Made by a program: the position numbers and the translations under genes. DNA of 64,000 nucleotides from Desulfobacterales bacterium (GTDB lineage Bacteria; Desulfobacterota; Desulfobacteria; Desulfobacterales; SpSt-501). Below the pieces are notes generated by a model that was not told where the DNA came from, ran no database searches, and saw only the letters and a list, made by a program, of their open reading frames with translations. Below are positions 22,642 to 34,022 of the stretch, piece by piece. The stretch lies in NCBI GenBank assembly GCA_025454255.1, contig JALOOU010000003.1, positions 16,585-80,584 on the forward strand, given 5' to 3'. Positions within the stretch are counted from its first letter, which is position 1. The number at the start of each line of letters is the position of its first letter.

Positions 22642-24243
22642 TCAGGATTGGAGCAGCGTGCGCAGGTTGACCTTCTTGTTGCGGATGCCCAGCTTCTTGC
22701 GCAGGTGGTGGCGGTGGGTCAGGATGGTGCTGACGGAAAGATTGAGAAGATTGGCGATCTCTTTGTTGGTTTTGCCGTCCCGGACCAGGCGGGCCACCTT
22801 CACCTCGGTGGGCGAAAGCTTGTATTCCACGTTCGACAGATTGGCAGCCATCGGCTCGTAGAAACGTTTGAGGTTGTCATCGATCAGCTGGACGAATTCT
22901 TGCTGGTCCGGAGTCATGGGACTCTGCTTGAGGCTCTCCAGATAGGGGAGCACCAGGCGCTTGATCCGCTCCCCGGCGTCGGTTTGGGTCGCCGGAGCCG
23001 TGGTTTTCTGGTGTTCGAGAACAACGCGCAGCGCCGTTTCGGTTTCGGCAAGCCTGCGCGTCACCTCCCCGAGCCGATCCGCGGCCGGCTCCGGCGGATC
23101 GATCTTCAGCGCCAGACCGAGGATCCCGGTGATCGTGCCGCTCTTTCCGATGAGGGGGATTTTATCGAGGCGCACGAAGATCCCCTCCGGGGGCTGCGGC
23201 TGCTTCACCAGGTTCATCAGCGGCCTGCCCGTGCGGTAGACCGTTTCGTCCTCCTCGCGCAGCGCCGCCATGAGCTGCGGATCGTTGATGAGCTCTTCCA
23301 CGCGTTTGCCTAACAGCTCCTCGGCCTCGAATCCCACCATCTTAGCAAAGCGTTTGTTCAGCCAGATATAGCGGTTTTCCCGGTTCTTCAGAAAAATTCC
23401 GACGGCGCCGTCCTCCATGAACCGGCTCATTTCGGCCAGCCTGGGTTCGAACGGGGCAGGGGCCGGCCCCGGGCCCGGCTGGTGCTTCGTGGCATCGTCA
23501 AGCAGCGGACTCTTGCTTACGCCGAAGACGGCCAGCAGCTTTTTCTGGGAGGTGCTGGAATCGAAGAAGGGCAGAAAGGAGATCGAAGGGCCGAACGCCG
23601 CTGTAAAAAAATGGCCGCCCTGGTATCTTTCGTGGTGTCCGCTCAGCAGGGCGGCGCGCATTTTCTCAGCGACGGCATCGGCCTGTTCCTTAGGCAGGCT
23701 GTCGATGAAGGGCTTGCCGGTGCAGTCGAAGGCCGGAAAGCCGAACAGTCGACTTGCAGCCTGGTTCATGGCCGTGATGCAAAGGGTTGAATCGATGACG
23801 GCCACCGGGTTGTCGAATGCCTCCAACACGATCAGGAGCTCGCTTCGCTGGCTGGCCACATCGATCACCGCCACGGGCGGCTTCTTCGGGTCGACCAGAA
23901 ACAGGGCGCACGCCTTCTGTCCCCTGCTCTGTATGCGCAGGGCGGAGTATTTCAAGACAGGCTCCTCCTCCTGGCTGGGCAGTCGGAACTTCAGCTCCCG
24001 CTGCTCTTCAAAGCCGCTGCGGCGCTCCACTTCATCCCAGACACGGGCCCATGCGTCGGGCGTCATCGCCGGGGCGAGGTCGCCGATATTCCGTTCCAGC
24101 AGCATCTGCTGCGGATACCCGAGCAGTTCGGTGGCGGCGGCGTTGGCGTAAACGATCCTGCCTGAGGGCAGCAACCCAAGAGTGGCGACGCCGATCGTGT
24201 CGATCAATGCAATCGCCTGCTTCAGCTCCGCAAGCTCATTCAT
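22642..24243 (-). CDS. multi-PAS LuxR-family transcriptional regulator, paralog 1 (start uncertain)
   Basis: three PAS-like segments; C-term LSPTEVKVARLVRDGKTNKEIANLLNLSVSTILTHRHHLRKKLG. Confidence 0.85.
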   Translation of the reverse strand: MNELAELKQAIALIDTIGVATLGLLPSGRIVYANAAATELLGYPQQMLLERNIGDLAPAMTPDAWARVWDEVERRSGFEEQRELKFRLPSQEEEPVLKYSALRIQSRGQKACALFLVDPKKPPVAVIDVASQRSELLIVLEAFDNPVAVIDSTLCITAMNQAASRLFGFPAFDCTGKPFIDSLPKEQADAVAEKMRAALLSGHHERYQGGHFFTAAFGPSISFLPFFDSSTSQKKLLAVFGVSKSPLLDDATKHQPGPGPAPAPFEPRLAEMSRFMEDGAVGIFLKNRENRYIWLNKRFAKMVGFEAEELLGKRVEELINDPQLMAALREEDETVYRTGRPLMNLVKQPQPPEGIFVRLDKIPLIGKSGTITGILGLALKIDPPEPAADRLGEVTRRLAETETALRVVLEHQKTTAPATQTDAGERIKRLVLPYLESLKQSPMTPDQQEFVQLIDDNLKRFYEPMAANLSNVEYKLSPTEVKVARLVRDGKTNKEIANLLNLSVSTILTHRHHLRKKLGIRNKKVNLRTLLQS

Positions 24244-24303
24244 GGATGGGGAGTGTTTGGTTTTGTGCATACCGTCTTTTTTTTGAGTCGACCTGAGTTG
24301 AGG

Positions 24304-24403
24304 TTGCAAAAGGCCCGATGCCTGGCATCGCGCATCTTCCATGGCCGTGTAAGCGGCTTTCACGGCACGCAATCGACTCGACCAGCTCTCGGTCTTTTTG
24401 CAA
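24304..24403. repeat. about 100 bp element with terminal inverted repeats and internal hairpin
   Basis: TTGCAAAAGGCCCGA (24304-24318) / TCGGTCTTTTTGCAA (24389-24403); inner GCCGTG..CACGGC. Confidence 0.55.
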
Positions 24404-24660
24404 ATCCCGCCGGAAAACAGCTTTGCGACCCCATCAAGATTTCAACCATAATCTTACAAATATTTTAAACGGCTGGAAAGGTCCGATAATTGCGGATACT
24501 TTATTGATCAAAACCTCGGAGCTGCCCCGTCGAACGTCGTCAACGATCACTTTCGGCCGGAAGAGCGCCAGCGGCGCTCCCGTGCTCAAACGACCAGCCG
24601 CAGCGCTTAATTTTCGGCCACAGGCCGAAAAGGCAAACGCGCGCGAAGGCTTCCCGTGTT

Positions 24661-24740
24661 TAGAACCGGTTTCAGAACCTCGGGACCACGGTTGCGGGCA
24701 AGGCGGGAGACCGATTCACGCGGGCATAGCGCACCGGCTG
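24661..24740 (+). repeat. dispersed MITE-like repeat, copy B (partial)
   Basis: TAGAACCGGTTTCAGAACCTCGGGACCACGGTTGCGGGCAAGGCGGGAGACCGATTC. Confidence 0.7.
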
Positions 24741-24762
24741 ACCGCTCGCCGCGGCGGGCGTT

Positions 24763-25902
<1,140 letters not shown>

Positions 25903-26138
25903 CGTGATTGAACGCCGCGAGGTGCAGGCGCACAAAACCCCCGGCCTCAATTTATCACAAGGGATCGATGGTCGCTGGCCGAAAAAAAATGAAAAAGTAT
26001 TTATAAAATATCGATAGCGGAGGGACGGAGGCGAGGCGCGGTGGAATGCCGGGGTCCGAAGGCCTGTCGGGCGGCGGCGTCCGTTGCCGCGGGGAGGTCG
26101 ATTTTTCAGGGCCCCGCCGCCGCGAGCCGCCGGCGGGG

Positions 26139-27206
26139 CTATTGCTTGGGTTCCGCCATGCGGCTTTTGGCCCGCAGCAAAAAGGCCTCGCGCATGTCCT
26201 TGGGCACCGGCGGCTGCCGCCCGGCCGGTTTGCGCACCAGGCTCAGCGCCCCGCCGGGGCAGGCGGCGACGCACAGCCCGCAGCCGATGCAGCGGTCGGC
26301 ATCGAGCGCCGCCCGGCCGTCCGCCATGCGCAAGGCATCCATCTGGCAGCGCTCCAGGCAGGCCTCGCAGCCGGTGCAGAGCGCCGCGTCGAGAGCGGCG
26401 ATGAAGGCCGAGGCCACCGCGGCGGCCGGCTGCGGCATGCGCTTGAGGTGCTTGAGGACCTGGCAGCAGTCTCCGCAGCAGAGGCAGATGTTGACGATCT
26501 CGCGGGCGTTGCTGGGCTGCAGCACCAGCCCCTGCGCTTCCGCCTGCTTCAGGATCTCCAGCGTCTCCGCGAGGCTGATGTACCGGCCCAGGCCGTTTCT
26601 GGCGTAGTAGTCGGCGCCCCAGCCGAAGATCAGGCAGGCCTCCTCGAGTTTGCCGCAGCCCTCCCCCTTGATCTGATGCTCGCGGCGGCAGATGCAGGGG
26701 GCCACCAGGAACTTGGTCTGCCGGCGCACGAGCGCTTCGGCCTCTTCGTAGGGCAGGGTTTCCAGGCCGGCGCTGATGCTCGCTCCGACCGGAATCGTGC
26801 GCAGCTGGGGGACGCGGCCGAAGGCCGAGCGCGACAGGATCGGGATGTAGGCGTCCATGTCGCGGACGAACTCGGCGTCGAGCTCGTTCACATGGTATTC
26901 CCAGATTCCGATGACGAACTGGGCGGCCATGTAGACAGGCGGCCGGTCGGGGGCCTCGATCGAAAAAATGAGCCCCCTGCGCGCCATCCGCCGCAGCCGC
27001 TCACCGGCCTCGGCCTCCGGCAGGCCGGCGCGGGCGGCGATGGCGGCGGCCGGCTCGAGCTTCATACCGACATGCACGGCCAGCGCCGCCTCCTCGGCGT
27101 TGAAGAGGCGCTTTAGAATGCGCAGCTCGACTCCGTCCGCGGTCGCCGGGAAGCCGGCCGGCAGGCTGTCCAGGTGCTCTCTCAACCGGGTGTAGACGTC
27201 GGTCAT
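26139..27206 (-). CDS. 4Fe-4S dicluster domain protein with N-terminal HTH-like region
   Basis: PCICR, ICLCCGDCC, CTGCEACLERC, CIGCGLCVAACP. Confidence 0.88.
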   Translation of the reverse strand: MTDVYTRLREHLDSLPAGFPATADGVELRILKRLFNAEEAALAVHVGMKLEPAAAIAARAGLPEAEAGERLRRMARRGLIFSIEAPDRPPVYMAAQFVIGIWEYHVNELDAEFVRDMDAYIPILSRSAFGRVPQLRTIPVGASISAGLETLPYEEAEALVRRQTKFLVAPCICRREHQIKGEGCGKLEEACLIFGWGADYYARNGLGRYISLAETLEILKQAEAQGLVLQPSNAREIVNICLCCGDCCQVLKHLKRMPQPAAAVASAFIAALDAALCTGCEACLERCQMDALRMADGRAALDADRCIGCGLCVAACPGGALSLVRKPAGRQPPVPKDMREAFLLRAKSRMAEPKQ

Positions 27207-27247
27207 GGCGGTATCCCTTCGCGATAGAGCGCAGAGCAGGCCGCTGC

Positions 27248-27372
27248 TTGGAGCTGGTTTCATAACCCCCGGCCGCTCGAAGGTGCTCACAACCGGTAGA
27301 GGTTGCTGCGCTTTCGAATCGGTCTGCCGCTTCGCCCGCCACCGCGACCCGAGGTTTTGAAACCGGTTATAA
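27248..27372 (-). repeat. dispersed MITE-like repeat, copy C (both terminal inverted repeats visible)
   Basis: TTGGAGCTGGTTTCATAACCCCCGG ... CCCGAGGTTTTGAAACCGGTTATAA. Confidence 0.8.
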
Positions 27373-27470
27373 GCACAAAAAAGAGACAAAGACGGCCGAG
27401 GCTTCTTTTTGTCTCCATATATAGAGCTTTAGTTGAGTCCCCGTCAATCTGCATCGACGGCGCTGAAGGC

Positions 27471-27641
27471 TCACAACGCCCTGATGTAATCGATGACTTT
27501 TTGTTTAACCTGTTTTTCAAAGTCCGGAGATTCCGCCGCCACGGACTGGAGGATCTCATCCCCCGGAACCTCTATCTCAATGAACTTCTCGCAAGTTTTC
27601 AGATTGAAAGCGATCTTTTTGATCCTGATATCCTCTCTCAA
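27471..27641 (-). CDS. small 56-aa hypothetical protein absent from the ORF track
   Basis: TTG start after AAAGGA SD, 18 bp downstream of the HDOD-GGDEF-REC stop; MREDIRIKKIAFNLKTCEKFIEIEVPGDEILQSVAAESPDFEKQVKQKVIDYIRAL. Confidence 0.62.
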   Translation of the reverse strand: MREDIRIKKIAFNLKTCEKFIEIEVPGDEILQSVAAESPDFEKQVKQKVIDYIRAL

Positions 27642-27659
27642 TTTCCGAATCCTTTATTG

Positions 27660-29525
27660 CTAGTTGTTTAAGGCTGCTGCAACGATGCGCGCCAATTCCT
27701 CCAACTGATAGGGCTTCTGGAGAAACCCATCGGTTCTGTTCAAGAGGTCTGCATAACTTTCTTGGCTCAACGCATAGCCGCTTGAAATCACCACCTTCGC
27801 TCCGGCGTGAACGTTTCGGATGGCGCCCAGCAACTGATCCGGGTTCTGGTCCGGAAGCACCATATCCATGATCACCATGTCGATCCGGTTTTGGTTTTGC
27901 CTCAATAAGGCCACAGCATCCCGGCCGGATCTGGCCGTTCGAACGGCATATCCCAGCCGCTCCAGCATTTGGGTGAGGGTCACGAGTACGACCTCTTCGT
28001 CATCGACAACCAGCACCTTGAACGCCTGCTCCTGTCCCGAGCTTTGTTTCTTGTAGAGGCAGACTCTGTTGCGGCCTGAATTTTTCGCTTCGTAAAGCGC
28101 TTCGTCGGCCTTTTTAATTAAACCTTCGATACCGCTTTTGCGGCTGTTTTCCCACGTGGCGACCCCGAAACTCATGGTGATGGAAAACGATCGGTCATCG
28201 TGGCTGATTTTTAGTGATTCGACAGACTTCCGCAACCTCTCGGCCGCGAGAGTGGCCTCCTTGGCCTCCACCATCGGCATTATGATCGCAAATTCCTCCC
28301 CTCCGTAGCGGGCGATCTGGTCCGAATCCCGCAGCTGTCTTTTCAGATGGGCGGCCACCGATTTCAACGCGTGGTCCCCCGCCTGATGTCCAAAAGAGTC
28401 GTTTATGGATTTGAAATGGTCCACATCGGCCATAATGATGGAGAGGGGGGTCTTGTAGCGAGAAGCCCGGCCGCTCTCTTTTTCGAGGATTTCATGGAAC
28501 CGCTGATGGTTGTAGATCTGCGTCATGCCGTCAAGGCCGAGCTGCTGCCTGAGCTGGTCCAGGTGCTTGGCCTGGCTGTGGACCTGTATCAGCAGCTCGT
28601 TCGAGAGATCGGCTAATTGTCTTCTGGCGGCATCGATTATTTCGAAATGCTTTTTCTCGTCGATGTGAAGGTCAAAAACGGGAAAGAGGATTCTACTCCC
28701 TTCCACAACCTGCTCGGCGAAGGCGCTCGGGTCGATCGCGGAGGCGAGGCCGTACGCGTGGGTATATGTTTCGATTTCGGCGTGACCGGTCTTCGGGTCG
28801 GCGCATTTGAACAGATCGATGTACAAGGATGAAAGGTGGAGCAAGCGGGTCGACAGGACGACATCTTCCGGTTGGCCCGCCAGCCGCCGGGGGCAATGAT
28901 GATGCCCAATGGGGATGCTGAAGGCCGGCGGCAGCCCCCACGAATCGGTTGCAAAGGCGCCCACCTCCATGTGGTTGATGCCTAGACGCGCAGTTTCGAC
29001 CTCGTGCAGGGGGCTTCCATCGGATGCGGCTTCTTGCACTACCGCCGCATATGTCTCGGGCATGGCGTGCACCGCTATTAAAATGCCGATGTCCTGAAGC
29101 AGGCCCAAGAAAAATGCGTTTTCTCCAAGTTGGCGGTCGACATTTTCGGCCAGCAGCTTGGCTGCAATCGCGCCGGTGAGGGCGTCTTTAGCGAATTGAG
29201 CATGGTCGAATCCGCCCATACGTTTAGACGCCAACCCCTTCAACAGGGAAAAGCTCAGGGCCAGATTTTTGACCGTGTTTAATCCAAGGAACACGATCGC
29301 CTGGCGCACCGAAGTGATTTTGCGTGAAAGGCCGTAAAAAGGCGAGTTGACCGCCTGCAACACTTTAGCGCTCAACGGGGAGTCCGCAGAGATGATTTCT
29401 GAGATTTCGCTGATGCTGGGCGCCTCCCGCTGGGTGGCCTGCAAGATCCGGATCGCCACGCCGGGAAGCGTGGGCAGGGACCCAAGTTTTTTAGAGAGGT
29501 GTTTCAAATTCTCGTGAGTGGCCAT
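27660..29525 (-). CDS. HDOD-GGDEF-REC diguanylate cyclase, paralog 2
   Basis: LPTLPGVAIRILQA, RDSDQIARYGGEEF, VLVVDDE..IMDMVLPD..FLQKPY. Confidence 0.9.
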   Translation of the reverse strand: MATHENLKHLSKKLGSLPTLPGVAIRILQATQREAPSISEISEIISADSPLSAKVLQAVNSPFYGLSRKITSVRQAIVFLGLNTVKNLALSFSLLKGLASKRMGGFDHAQFAKDALTGAIAAKLLAENVDRQLGENAFFLGLLQDIGILIAVHAMPETYAAVVQEAASDGSPLHEVETARLGINHMEVGAFATDSWGLPPAFSIPIGHHHCPRRLAGQPEDVVLSTRLLHLSSLYIDLFKCADPKTGHAEIETYTHAYGLASAIDPSAFAEQVVEGSRILFPVFDLHIDEKKHFEIIDAARRQLADLSNELLIQVHSQAKHLDQLRQQLGLDGMTQIYNHQRFHEILEKESGRASRYKTPLSIIMADVDHFKSINDSFGHQAGDHALKSVAAHLKRQLRDSDQIARYGGEEFAIIMPMVEAKEATLAAERLRKSVESLKISHDDRSFSITMSFGVATWENSRKSGIEGLIKKADEALYEAKNSGRNRVCLYKKQSSGQEQAFKVLVVDDEEVVLVTLTQMLERLGYAVRTARSGRDAVALLRQNQNRIDMVIMDMVLPDQNPDQLLGAIRNVHAGAKVVISSGYALSQESYADLLNRTDGFLQKPYQLEELARIVAAALNN

Positions 29526-29589
29526 TGGCGGTCTCCAGCTCCACCTGTTCGAACCGAGGCTGCCGTGTCGATCGGCAGCTGAGGGATTT

Positions 29590-30093
29590 TCAGGCAATAC
29601 TGTAAAGATACGAGTGCCAGGCCATCACCAGGAAATAGAGCAAAAGAATGGCCGGGAAGATGTCCTTGACTTTTATTCGGTCGTTGAAAACCTGGTTGTT
29701 GTTGACCACCAGCAGACACATTGCGCCGAAACAGGTCAGTAAAAATTTGCTGTACAGAAAAAACCACGGGCCCAACGACAGGCAGAAGGCCATGACGGGG
29801 TTGACTTCATACATGTCGTGCTCGAGCAGATAGAGCGTCATGAAACCGTCCAGGAACGACAGCACGAGAAGGGCGGCGATGCATCCCATCAACGCCGGGC
29901 TGTATTCGTCCACGAAAAGCAGCGCGTGTTTGTCTTCTTTGCGCCTCAGCTGCCGCCGCTTGCCGCCGAAGAGGAAATGGTGAAAAGACAACCCGCGGCG
30001 GCATCTGCGGTCCGAAGGGTTGCGCCGGTTCAGCGGGCGGCGGGGCTCTTCGGCATCCGGGCCGATTTCGTGTTTGTCGTCTCGCGGTTTCAT
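29590..30093 (-). CDS. DUF5658-like membrane protein with Arg-rich N-terminus
   Basis: NRRNPSDRR..RRKED, then LSFLDGFMTLYLL..EVNPVM and three hydrophobic helices. Confidence 0.7.
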   Translation of the reverse strand: MKPRDDKHEIGPDAEEPRRPLNRRNPSDRRCRRGLSFHHFLFGGKRRQLRRKEDKHALLFVDEYSPALMGCIAALLVLSFLDGFMTLYLLEHDMYEVNPVMAFCLSLGPWFFLYSKFLLTCFGAMCLLVVNNNQVFNDRIKVKDIFPAILLLYFLVMAWHSYLYSIA

Positions 30094-30225
30094 GGGGCCA
30101 CGCCTACAGCCACCCCATGACGGCGGAGAGTCCGATGGCCGACAGCAGCCCGAAGATCGCCCCGACGGCATGCAATAATTTCATGACCATTCCGCCACCC
30201 ATTCCCGGAGGAGCGTCCTTCGCCG

Positions 30226-33200
30226 TCAATTGAGCAATTCGCGCCACCACCGATAGAAAAAGTTATTGGACGGCATCAGCGGGGCCATGCGCACCACGCC
30301 CGCTGCGAATGACTCCGAATCCTCGTCCGCGTTGGTGCTGCCGACCGAAATCAGCAGTTTACTGAGGCTGTCGGTGATCACCGGGACCGCCCTGGACGGT
30401 ATCCCGCCGCCGATCGCCACCGATCTATCCCGGGTGGCATCGTTGTTGAAATCCAACACCGGCGCCGCTGTCTTGTAATGGAGTGCATACAGGTGCGCAT
30501 AGCCGCCGGGCACGCAGGGGTCGCTGTTCGGCTGCAAGGTGGTCAGGTAGACCGTCTTGAAAAAAACCAAGCTTTCGCTGAGAACTTTTTCGCCGGGGCC
30601 GAGCTGCAGAAACCAGCCCTGGTCCCTGCGGCCATTGCCGTCCGCGTCTGCCGCCAGATCATCCAGGCAGGGCGGGGTCGTCGAGGCGCTGGTGACATCG
30701 ACCAGGTCGGCTTCCGTAAGTGAGACCGTCTCGTGCCGGTCGCGGATGACATAAAATCGGTCGGAGGCAGATGGCGAGCAGGGATCCTCGCGGTCTCCGG
30801 AGCCGATGAAGAGGAGGTCGTAGCCCTTCTCCAGCGTCAACGCCGGCGGATAGAAAAATTTCCGGGGAAAAGAGCCGTCTGCTGAAAATAGGATTCGCGC
30901 CTCCCAGTTCATGATGTTTTCGTCGCAATCGGGGAACGGAAGCGAAACGTTCGCGGAGGTGGTAAATTTGCCGAAACGCCACAGCCGTCCTCCGAGATCG
31001 CCCACATAGACCTTGTCCACGAACCCGTTGTCATTCGCATCGAAAAGGGCCACCGAGCTGGGGATGGCGAAGTTCATGCCGAGCAGCGAGCCGTCGTTTT
31101 TAAAAACTCTGACCGCGGCGCCGCTGAAAACGCTGATGGCCAGAACGGCCCTGCCGGAAGAGTTGTCCGGGCTGAAGCCGCCCCCGATGAAAAACACGGG
31201 GGTACCGACGGTATCGAGATCCGATGTCTTCACCACGCCGAACTGGGGCTCGGACCAGCTCTGGCCCAGCTCAGGGATCACCAGGCTCGGGGCTACCGGG
31301 CCGCTGCTGTCGGGAGCGATCCTCCAGAGAAAATGCGGGTTGTCGGGATCGGTGATGTCCAGGGCAAAGTAGCTGCTGCCGCCCTTTCGTTCACCGCACA
31401 CCAAAACCACCCGGTCGCCGGGGTCGATGAGGCCGTTTTGGTTGATGTCCATGAAATAGACCTTTGGGCTGGCATCGACGTAATAGGGGTGGCTGCCGCC
31501 TTCGATCACCGCTTTGAGGCGGGGGAGCAGGTCGGGCGGTATGAAGGCCCACGCCTCGGTTCCGTAATGGACGGCGCTGGTGCTGTTGGCGGCGATGGAC
31601 TCGTCGTAGACCGCGTGCAACATTCCGTCGTTGGACCCGAAAAACACGTAGCTCTTTGTGCTGCCGTCGGGATAGCTGTAGCGGAACACCGAGGGCTCGC
31701 TGTGGAGGATGTCCCCGGTTATGATCGCCCGGTTCTCGGACCTGTTGCCGTCTGCGTCCTCGTCGAACTCGTCTGCTCCTCGAATGTAGTCGATCACCTG
31801 TGCGGTCGTATGCGCCGGGCTGCCGAGGACGGCGGCGGTGAGGCGCGGATTGGCGGCGGAGAAGCGGTTTTCTGAATCCAGCAGGCGCGTGGCCGCTGCA
31901 CCCAAATACGTACAGATGATGCGGTCGGCATGGTGGATGTAATTGCTTTTGCCGGGGGTCGCCCAATCCTTGGTTTGCCAATATGGAAGGGCTTCGTTGC
32001 GAATCGCTCCATTCGGCCAGGTGGCGTACGCATTGTTTTTGTCTACGATTTCCAGATTCGGCGAGAGTGCGAATTTGGTGAGATTGCCCTCCCAGAAATT
32101 GGATTCGCCCGGTTTGAAGAACGCCATGTAGATCCGGTTGCCGCTGGTGGTCCGGGTCACCGGAACGACCGGCGCGGTGAACGAGTTGGTTTGCGATATG
32201 ATATCCATGACCGCTGACAGAATGGCGGTCGCCAACTGGTCCGGGTTTTCGGCGACATAGTGGTATTTTCCGTAGTACTTATCGGCGGAGTCATAGAGGT
32301 TCAGCTTCCCGTTTCCATTGTTCGAGGTGTTGATCAGGAAGAGATTGTTGAGCACATCGCCCATGAAGCCGACCGTATAGGTCCGCAGATTCTGCAGACC
32401 GGGTCGATAGCCGACGACATCCCGCGTGTAGAGGGCATAGGCGACATCGTCCAGGTGGGTCGACCCGTTGCGATTGACCGGGATGTCGTAGATCGAGAGG
32501 TCTTTTTTTATTTTTCCCTCGCCGATGCCGCTCTGGTCGCCATCGTAGTCCGAGAACGAGGAGGGGAAAGAGCCTGCGGCCGGGCTTTGATCTTCGGAGG
32601 AAAGCCCTGGTGACACCACCAGGGCGAAGTTTTCGGTGCAATAGGTCGCCACCACCTGAGAGGAGGGTGAATTGTAGTAGCCTCCTATGGTGGCCAGCCC
32701 CTCGGCCAGCGGCGAGTAGGTCACGGTCCCCATGTTGTTGATGTTGTTGATGTAGTTCGAATCAAGGATGTTGTCGGCCGGGTCGGCGGCCAAGGGGGGG
32801 GCGACCACGAGCCCCAGCGGCTGCACGCGGCTGGCACCGCTGGCGTTGGCGGTGAAATTGTAGATCGAAAACTGCGCCCGGTTGGCGGCAAGCTTTGCGA
32901 CCGTCATCAGGGCCTTCTTGGCGTAATAAAAGCGCGTTTTACCCGGCAAGTCGGAGCCCGATCCGCTGTAGGGGCCATAGAAGATCCAATTCAGATAATT
33001 CCGCGAATATCTGAAATTGGCGGCCTTATCGATGACGCCGTCCACGGTGTGGTTGGCGGGTACGGCCGGCAAAGCGATGCTGCGGTTGTTGATCGTCCAG
33101 ACCGGCGATTTGCCGTCCCCGTCGGCCATGCGCTGAAACTGGCTGTCGGCAATGACCAGGCTGTCCGGGATTTCCGCTAGATAATATTTGCCCCCTCTCA

Positions 33201-33510
33201 CCGTTGTCGCGTAGCCCTTGTCCCGGCAGAATCCGATGCCGCCCGGAGAATTCTGAACGACGTCGGTGCAGTTCGACGGAGTATGGCTTGCGCTGTTGTT
33301 GTACAAGGGATGCCAGGTGATCTCCTCCATGGAGGCGCCGTTGTCCAAAAGGATGACGATGTTCGGGGGGACGTCGTCGGCCGTCGTGGCGAACACACAG
33401 GTATCGTCGGTCCGGGCGGTGCCGGTCATGCCGAGGATCGCCAGGGCCATTGCCGCCATGCGGATGGATTGGATAAGATTCATCGATCTCACCTGTCGGC
33501 CGCGCATCAA
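30226..33510 (-). CDS. pilY1: type IV pilus tip adhesin PilY1/PilC, copy 1 (start may be 33483)
   Basis: signal peptide, vWA-like PPNIVILLDNGASM, GDILHS, GSNDGMLHA, EAWAFIP, YYVDASP, DANDNGFVDKVYVGDLGG. Confidence 0.9.
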   Translation of the reverse strand: MMRGRQVRSMNLIQSIRMAAMALAILGMTGTARTDDTCVFATTADDVPPNIVILLDNGASMEEITWHPLYNNSASHTPSNCTDVVQNSPGGIGFCRDKGYATTVRGGKYYLAEIPDSLVIADSQFQRMADGDGKSPVWTINNRSIALPAVPANHTVDGVIDKAANFRYSRNYLNWIFYGPYSGSGSDLPGKTRFYYAKKALMTVAKLAANRAQFSIYNFTANASGASRVQPLGLVVAPPLAADPADNILDSNYINNINNMGTVTYSPLAEGLATIGGYYNSPSSQVVATYCTENFALVVSPGLSSEDQSPAAGSFPSSFSDYDGDQSGIGEGKIKKDLSIYDIPVNRNGSTHLDDVAYALYTRDVVGYRPGLQNLRTYTVGFMGDVLNNLFLINTSNNGNGKLNLYDSADKYYGKYHYVAENPDQLATAILSAVMDIISQTNSFTAPVVPVTRTTSGNRIYMAFFKPGESNFWEGNLTKFALSPNLEIVDKNNAYATWPNGAIRNEALPYWQTKDWATPGKSNYIHHADRIICTYLGAAATRLLDSENRFSAANPRLTAAVLGSPAHTTAQVIDYIRGADEFDEDADGNRSENRAIITGDILHSEPSVFRYSYPDGSTKSYVFFGSNDGMLHAVYDESIAANSTSAVHYGTEAWAFIPPDLLPRLKAVIEGGSHPYYVDASPKVYFMDINQNGLIDPGDRVVLVCGERKGGSSYFALDITDPDNPHFLWRIAPDSSGPVAPSLVIPELGQSWSEPQFGVVKTSDLDTVGTPVFFIGGGFSPDNSSGRAVLAISVFSGAAVRVFKNDGSLLGMNFAIPSSVALFDANDNGFVDKVYVGDLGGRLWRFGKFTTSANVSLPFPDCDENIMNWEARILFSADGSFPRKFFYPPALTLEKGYDLLFIGSGDREDPCSPSASDRFYVIRDRHETVSLTEADLVDVTSASTTPPCLDDLAADADGNGRRDQGWFLQLGPGEKVLSESLVFFKTVYLTTLQPNSDPCVPGGYAHLYALHYKTAAPVLDFNNDATRDRSVAIGGGIPSRAVPVITDSLSKLLISVGSTNADEDSESFAAGVVRMAPLMPSNNFFYRWWRELLN

Positions 33511-34019
33511 AATCCCATGCGGTAGAAACCGGCTTCGATTCGGCTCACGGAATCTCGCGGACCGTGCCCGCGACAGTCCATGCGGTAAATGTGGGCCCGG
33601 AACTTGGCGGCCTGGAAGCCGGATCCGCGCGGCGGCACACTTGAGTGGAGGTACTCGACCTCCCCGTTGAAAGAATCGCTGGCTCCGGAGGCGACCGCCT
33701 GCGTGGCCTGCGGATCGGCCGGGCTCGGGAAACGGACCGGGCTTCCCGGAGAGACATTCTGCGACCCGTACAGGTCCGGATGGTTGCGCACATAGGCTTT
33801 GGCGGCCTCGGCCGCATAAAACGACTTGTGGTAGATCTGATGGTTGGTCGAGATCTGCAGATCCGCTGTCGACGTTCTGATCGACATGACGCCCATAACG
33901 GTCACCAGCAAGAGGACCAGCAGGCAGACCGCCATCGCCATGCCGTTTTGATTTTTCAGAACTGCGCGAGCATTCTCCGGCGGAGTCAATGGCATTGCTG
34001 CTGTTTTACGGGCCGCCAT
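33507..34019 (-). CDS. pilX: minor pilin PilX, copy 1
   Basis: NQNG/MAMAVCLLVLLLVTVMG (no Glu5), SFYAAEAA. Confidence 0.85.
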   Translation of the reverse strand: MAARKTAAMPLTPPENARAVLKNQNGMAMAVCLLVLLLVTVMGVMSIRTSTADLQISTNHQIYHKSFYAAEAAKAYVRNHPDLYGSQNVSPGSPVRFPSPADPQATQAVASGASDSFNGEVEYLHSSVPPRGSGFQAAKFRAHIYRMDCRGHGPRDSVSRIEAGFYRMGF

Positions 34020-34022
34020 GGC

